Assembly (NCBI GenBank): GCA_001600815.1
Contig: BCKZ01000009.1
Span: 336,194 to 400,193 of the forward strand
Length of the DNA stretch: 64,000 bases
Origin: Alloascoidea hylecoeti
Taxonomy: Eukaryota
Direction of reading: 5' to 3'
The position numbers were made by a program, and so were the translations under genes. Every line of letters starts with the position of its first letter. The stretch's first letter is position 1. This document shows positions 60,660-64,000 of this stretch, in pieces. The notes under the pieces are model-generated. The model had not been told where the DNA came from and ran no database searches. It worked only from the letters and a program-made list of their open reading frames with translations.

Positions 60660-62320
60660 AAATACACAAGGAAGGAGTGGAAATACAGATTCCAAAAAAT
60701 ATTAATGCGATTAAACCAATACAGATATTCAATTTCAAAGCTCCAACTTCAAAGCTTCCAACGACAGCGTTGGAAAATAATAGTATTATTGCTGACCCTA
60801 CCAAAGCCAAAGGAGATGAGATACAAAGTTACCATAAATTATTAACAAATTATGAAGAATTGGAAATAGAAGAACCACCACAATGATAATTATCCTGAAG
60901 TATTCTATGAGATGTATTGAAAAAATCTGTTTTTTCAAAGACACAGTAGAATTACTATAGAATGTAGGCTAATGGAATACCTTTATCAGATCATATATAA
61001 TATTAGAAGAATAATATTGGGTTTGAAACCTTCCACCACTATGAAGCAGGTTATTACGGGTATAGAAAATTTATGCATATGATCAGTTTGCATCAGCTTA
61101 TAAGCAAAGTGGAACTTAAAAAATTAGTTAATGAGAATAAACTGCCAAATAATAACATGAACTTATTCTTCCTGGAGGTCAAGTTTCAGATCTTATTCTG
61201 CTAAGATAAACTAGTTATCGCGTTCACATTCAGCTATAAATTCCAATTTTCCACAAAGAGCACATGTAAGATTCTAAAAGAAATTGTTTTTCCTTCTTCT
61301 TTATGCCAAAAGCAGTCTATTGCAAAGGTTTGCATAAACTATCTTTCAATGAACAGATGTTTAGTTGCAAGTAAAAAATGGGATATTGGGAACATGGAAA
61401 AACGATAGAGTCCCAATATACAATTGTACCAAATTGACACAACAAAAAAACATTTTTTTAAAATTTATTAGAATTGTTCATTGTCCATATAAATGTAAAT
61501 ATCTTTAATGAGACATAGAAAAAAAATCTAGTGATCATTCTTTTATAGATGTTATAAGCTTTTTGTGTCGTTCACCAGGTGGAATACATCATAAATATGG
61601 AGGCATGTTCTTCCTATAATTGACTATTTCCCACGATTTCATCAATGTTAAGAAGATGAACAATATTAGAAATCCCCTCACATCTGAAGTAACCCTATAA
61701 GACGGTTCAATCAAGTTTTCAATTCAGCTACCTATATATCCTTACAGAGTTTCTGCTATTTCTGGTCAGAGAATATGTAGATGGTCTGAGTTATGCTTAT
61801 TGTATATGGAAAGTGCTTAAACTAGGAATTTACCTCCAAAAAATACTTTCTCGTTTCAAAAAAAGCAGTTGTATCACCATTTAATCCAGAAAAAGTTTTG
61901 AAGAAGTGCAGTGATGGAAAATTCACGTCTGAACAGATTAAAAATACGTCTACTATAGACCCTATACTAAAGTCTCAATAAAGATGCTAGTAAACAAAAT
62001 ATGAAGTGGCATAATATTGGATTTCCGCTGCATACTACAGGTGAATCAGGCTACAACTCCAACACTTCTATCTCCCACTCAAAAAATCAATTCATCGCAA
62101 TTGTAGCGTGTGAGTACACTATATGTGTCATCCTGTTTGAATATGGAATCTTCAGGAAGCTCTTCAAAGGCCTCTTCCAAAAGTTATACGTAGGAACGTG
62201 TGGTGGCTCCTTTCTATAGCTATTTTTGGTAATCGAAAGTCCTTAGAACACTCTGATTTATCCTTAGATAATATTCTTCTGTTCATTTGGTTCTTCTACT
62301 TCAGATAATACCTTTTACAA
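60660..62320 (+). mobile_element. Heavily decayed L1-clade non-LTR retrotransposon ORF2 relic (boundaries approximate)
   Basis: Collinear fragments in shifting frames: IIADP..IQSYHKLL (60785), ANGIP (60968; cf. GPDG.P), KKLVNEN..ILPGGQVSDLILL (61165; cf. Q.GF.PGR.I.DNI), CRSPGGI (61566; cf. C.P...GGL), IWKVLK (61804), C..H..C...IWN and WLLSIAIFGNRK (~62100-62240). No intact YADD found. Confidence 0.45.
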
Positions 62321-62864
62321 GCCTAAAATATTCCAATATTAATCTATTTCTAGAGTGTTTCTTAGGTGGTCTTTGGTATTCTAATTAATTGAAGTTTGAA
62401 GCCAGCTTGTGATTTAATCTATATTTATTCAAGGGGAGAGCTTCCACAACCATCAGAATTCTGATTTACTGCCATTTTAGTGAAAATTTTAGGCATTTTT
62501 ATTGGAGGAGGTGTTACATCAGAAAAGTTGTTGGAGTATTTATTTTCTATGAACCGCACAGTTGAGGGGGATTATTTCAGCAATTAAGAAGCCATGTTTA
62601 TGGTCAGATTACAAATATCAGTCCATTCAGTTGGTTGCGATTGTTTTTTAGAATCGAAATTATGTGAAATCTCGCTGGAGTTTTAGAAGTCATCCCAAGT
62701 AATTAAAAAGATGGAATTTTTGGAGGGGGTAATTGACGCTTGGCTGTAATTATGTGTCTTTCTGCTTTCAACCTCCTCAATAATTATAACCACATCAATA
62801 CAAAGCTCACTCATAAATCAACTCTAGACCTGGTATCATCGCTTTTATTATTAAATTAGGTTAA

Positions 62865-63917
62865 ATGAGATTAAAATTACGACTTCCTTCTGGAACATCT
62901 ATTTGTGCCTTAACAAGTTCCGCCACTGTTAAAGAATTAAGGACAATAGTTGCAAAACTCGATAACAATTTCACCACTGATAGTAATATCGAAGTAAAGG
63001 TTTCATTCCCTCCGAAAGTTATAGACCTAAGTGATGATACACAACTATTAATAGATGTTGGTGTTAAAACCGGTGACTTATTGATTGTTAGCTTATCAAA
63101 TGTAAACGATACATCATCTTCAAGCGTGCTTACAAATAATGATTCAACCTTAAACACTGGAAATGCTGAAGAGGCTCCGCCACCTTATACAAAACCCAAA
63201 GGTTCTTTATATCAAGAACTATTACAATCTGAAGTTAATGAGAAAGAGATTGCTCAGTCACAAGACTCCAAAACAACCCCACCGAAAATTGACTTAAATG
63301 ATGGACAAGTGATATTACGTGTAATGGAAGATGATAATTCATGTTTATTTCGAGCCATTGGTTACTGTGTACTTGGGAAGATTGACACAATGATTGAATT
63401 AAGACATATTGTGGCTGATGCAATACGCAAAGATCCTATAGAATATTCAGATGCTATATTAGGAAAACCACGTAATGAATATATAACGTGGATTTTACAA
63501 CCAACTAGTTGGGGTGGAGCAATTGAAATTGCAATTTTAGCTGAACATTTAGGTATAACAATCAACTCATTTGATGTCTCAACCGGTCGCGTAGATACAT
63601 TCAATCCAGATGCGAAATCATTTTGCAATATTATTTACAGTGGAATTCATTATGATGCTGTTGCTTATACTCCGGCTACTGGTAGTGGAGAAGGGGGAGA
63701 ATTCGATGCAACAGTTTTTGGAAAGTTAGATCAAACAGGTATTCAAGTAATGGTTGCAACAGATGATCTTGTATCTCTATTGAAAGTCAGGCATTACTAC
63801 ACTGATACTGCAAATTATACAATTAAATGTAATGTTTGCAATCAACAATTCAAAGGAAATTCGGATGCTACAAAACATGCCAATCAATCTGGACATTATG
63901 AATTTGTTGAATGTTAA
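62865..63917 (+). CDS. OTU1: OTU-family deubiquitinase Otu1/YOD1
   Basis: N-terminal Ub-like domain (FPPK), DDNSCLFRA, WGGAIE, YSGIHYD, C-terminal C2H2 (CNVC..H...GH). Confidence 0.96.
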   Translation: MRLKLRLPSGTSICALTSSATVKELRTIVAKLDNNFTTDSNIEVKVSFPPKVIDLSDDTQLLIDVGVKTGDLLIVSLSNVNDTSSSSVLTNNDSTLNTGNAEEAPPPYTKPKGSLYQELLQSEVNEKEIAQSQDSKTTPPKIDLNDGQVILRVMEDDNSCLFRAIGYCVLGKIDTMIELRHIVADAIRKDPIEYSDAILGKPRNEYITWILQPTSWGGAIEIAILAEHLGITINSFDVSTGRVDTFNPDAKSFCNIIYSGIHYDAVAYTPATGSGEGGEFDATVFGKLDQTGIQVMVATDDLVSLLKVRHYYTDTANYTIKCNVCNQQFKGNSDATKHANQSGHYEFVEC

Positions 63918-64000
63918 TTTTTTTTTTTTTTTTCATAAGCAAATATCTTAAGCATTATTTTTAACAAGAAACATAAATCAAATAACCCATTAATTTATAT

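Overview
AT-rich, intron-containing fungal genomic DNA, most consistent with an early-diverging budding yeast (Saccharomycotina). It has short GT..AG introns with degenerate donors, retains DHX35- and DNAJC8-type splicing factors and a UGGT with intact motifs, and reads CTG as Leu at conserved positions. About 25 protein genes are supported: a partial ORF at the left edge, UGGT/KRE5, a methyltransferase-like protein, STE50, GLO1, a GPI cell-wall protein, LSB5, a glutaredoxin missed by the ORF track, BIK1/CLIP-170, a Zn2Cys6 TF, a family III CoA-transferase, an intradiol dioxygenase, a SnoaL-like protein, a single-TM protein, KEI1, NHP2, LYS4, DHX35, RTN1, HAM1, CDC9, TRP2, a DNAJC8-like J protein, SWE1, an MSG5-like phosphatase and OTU1. 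Most notable: (1) a putative aromatic-catabolism cluster (TF + CoA-transferase III <> catechol-type dioxygenase + SnoaL) with an inverted pair of CCG-N-CGG sites in its shared promoter; (2) a 9-nt frame-preserving microexon carrying the first Cys of the glutaredoxin CPYC site; (3) three apparent dual-targeting genes, including CDC9, whose presequence-like extension lacks an ATG; (4) sharp GC islands at promoters and gene 5' ends; (5) decayed pogo/Fot1-like and L1-like transposon relics. All calls are from manual motif recognition; no database searches were run.
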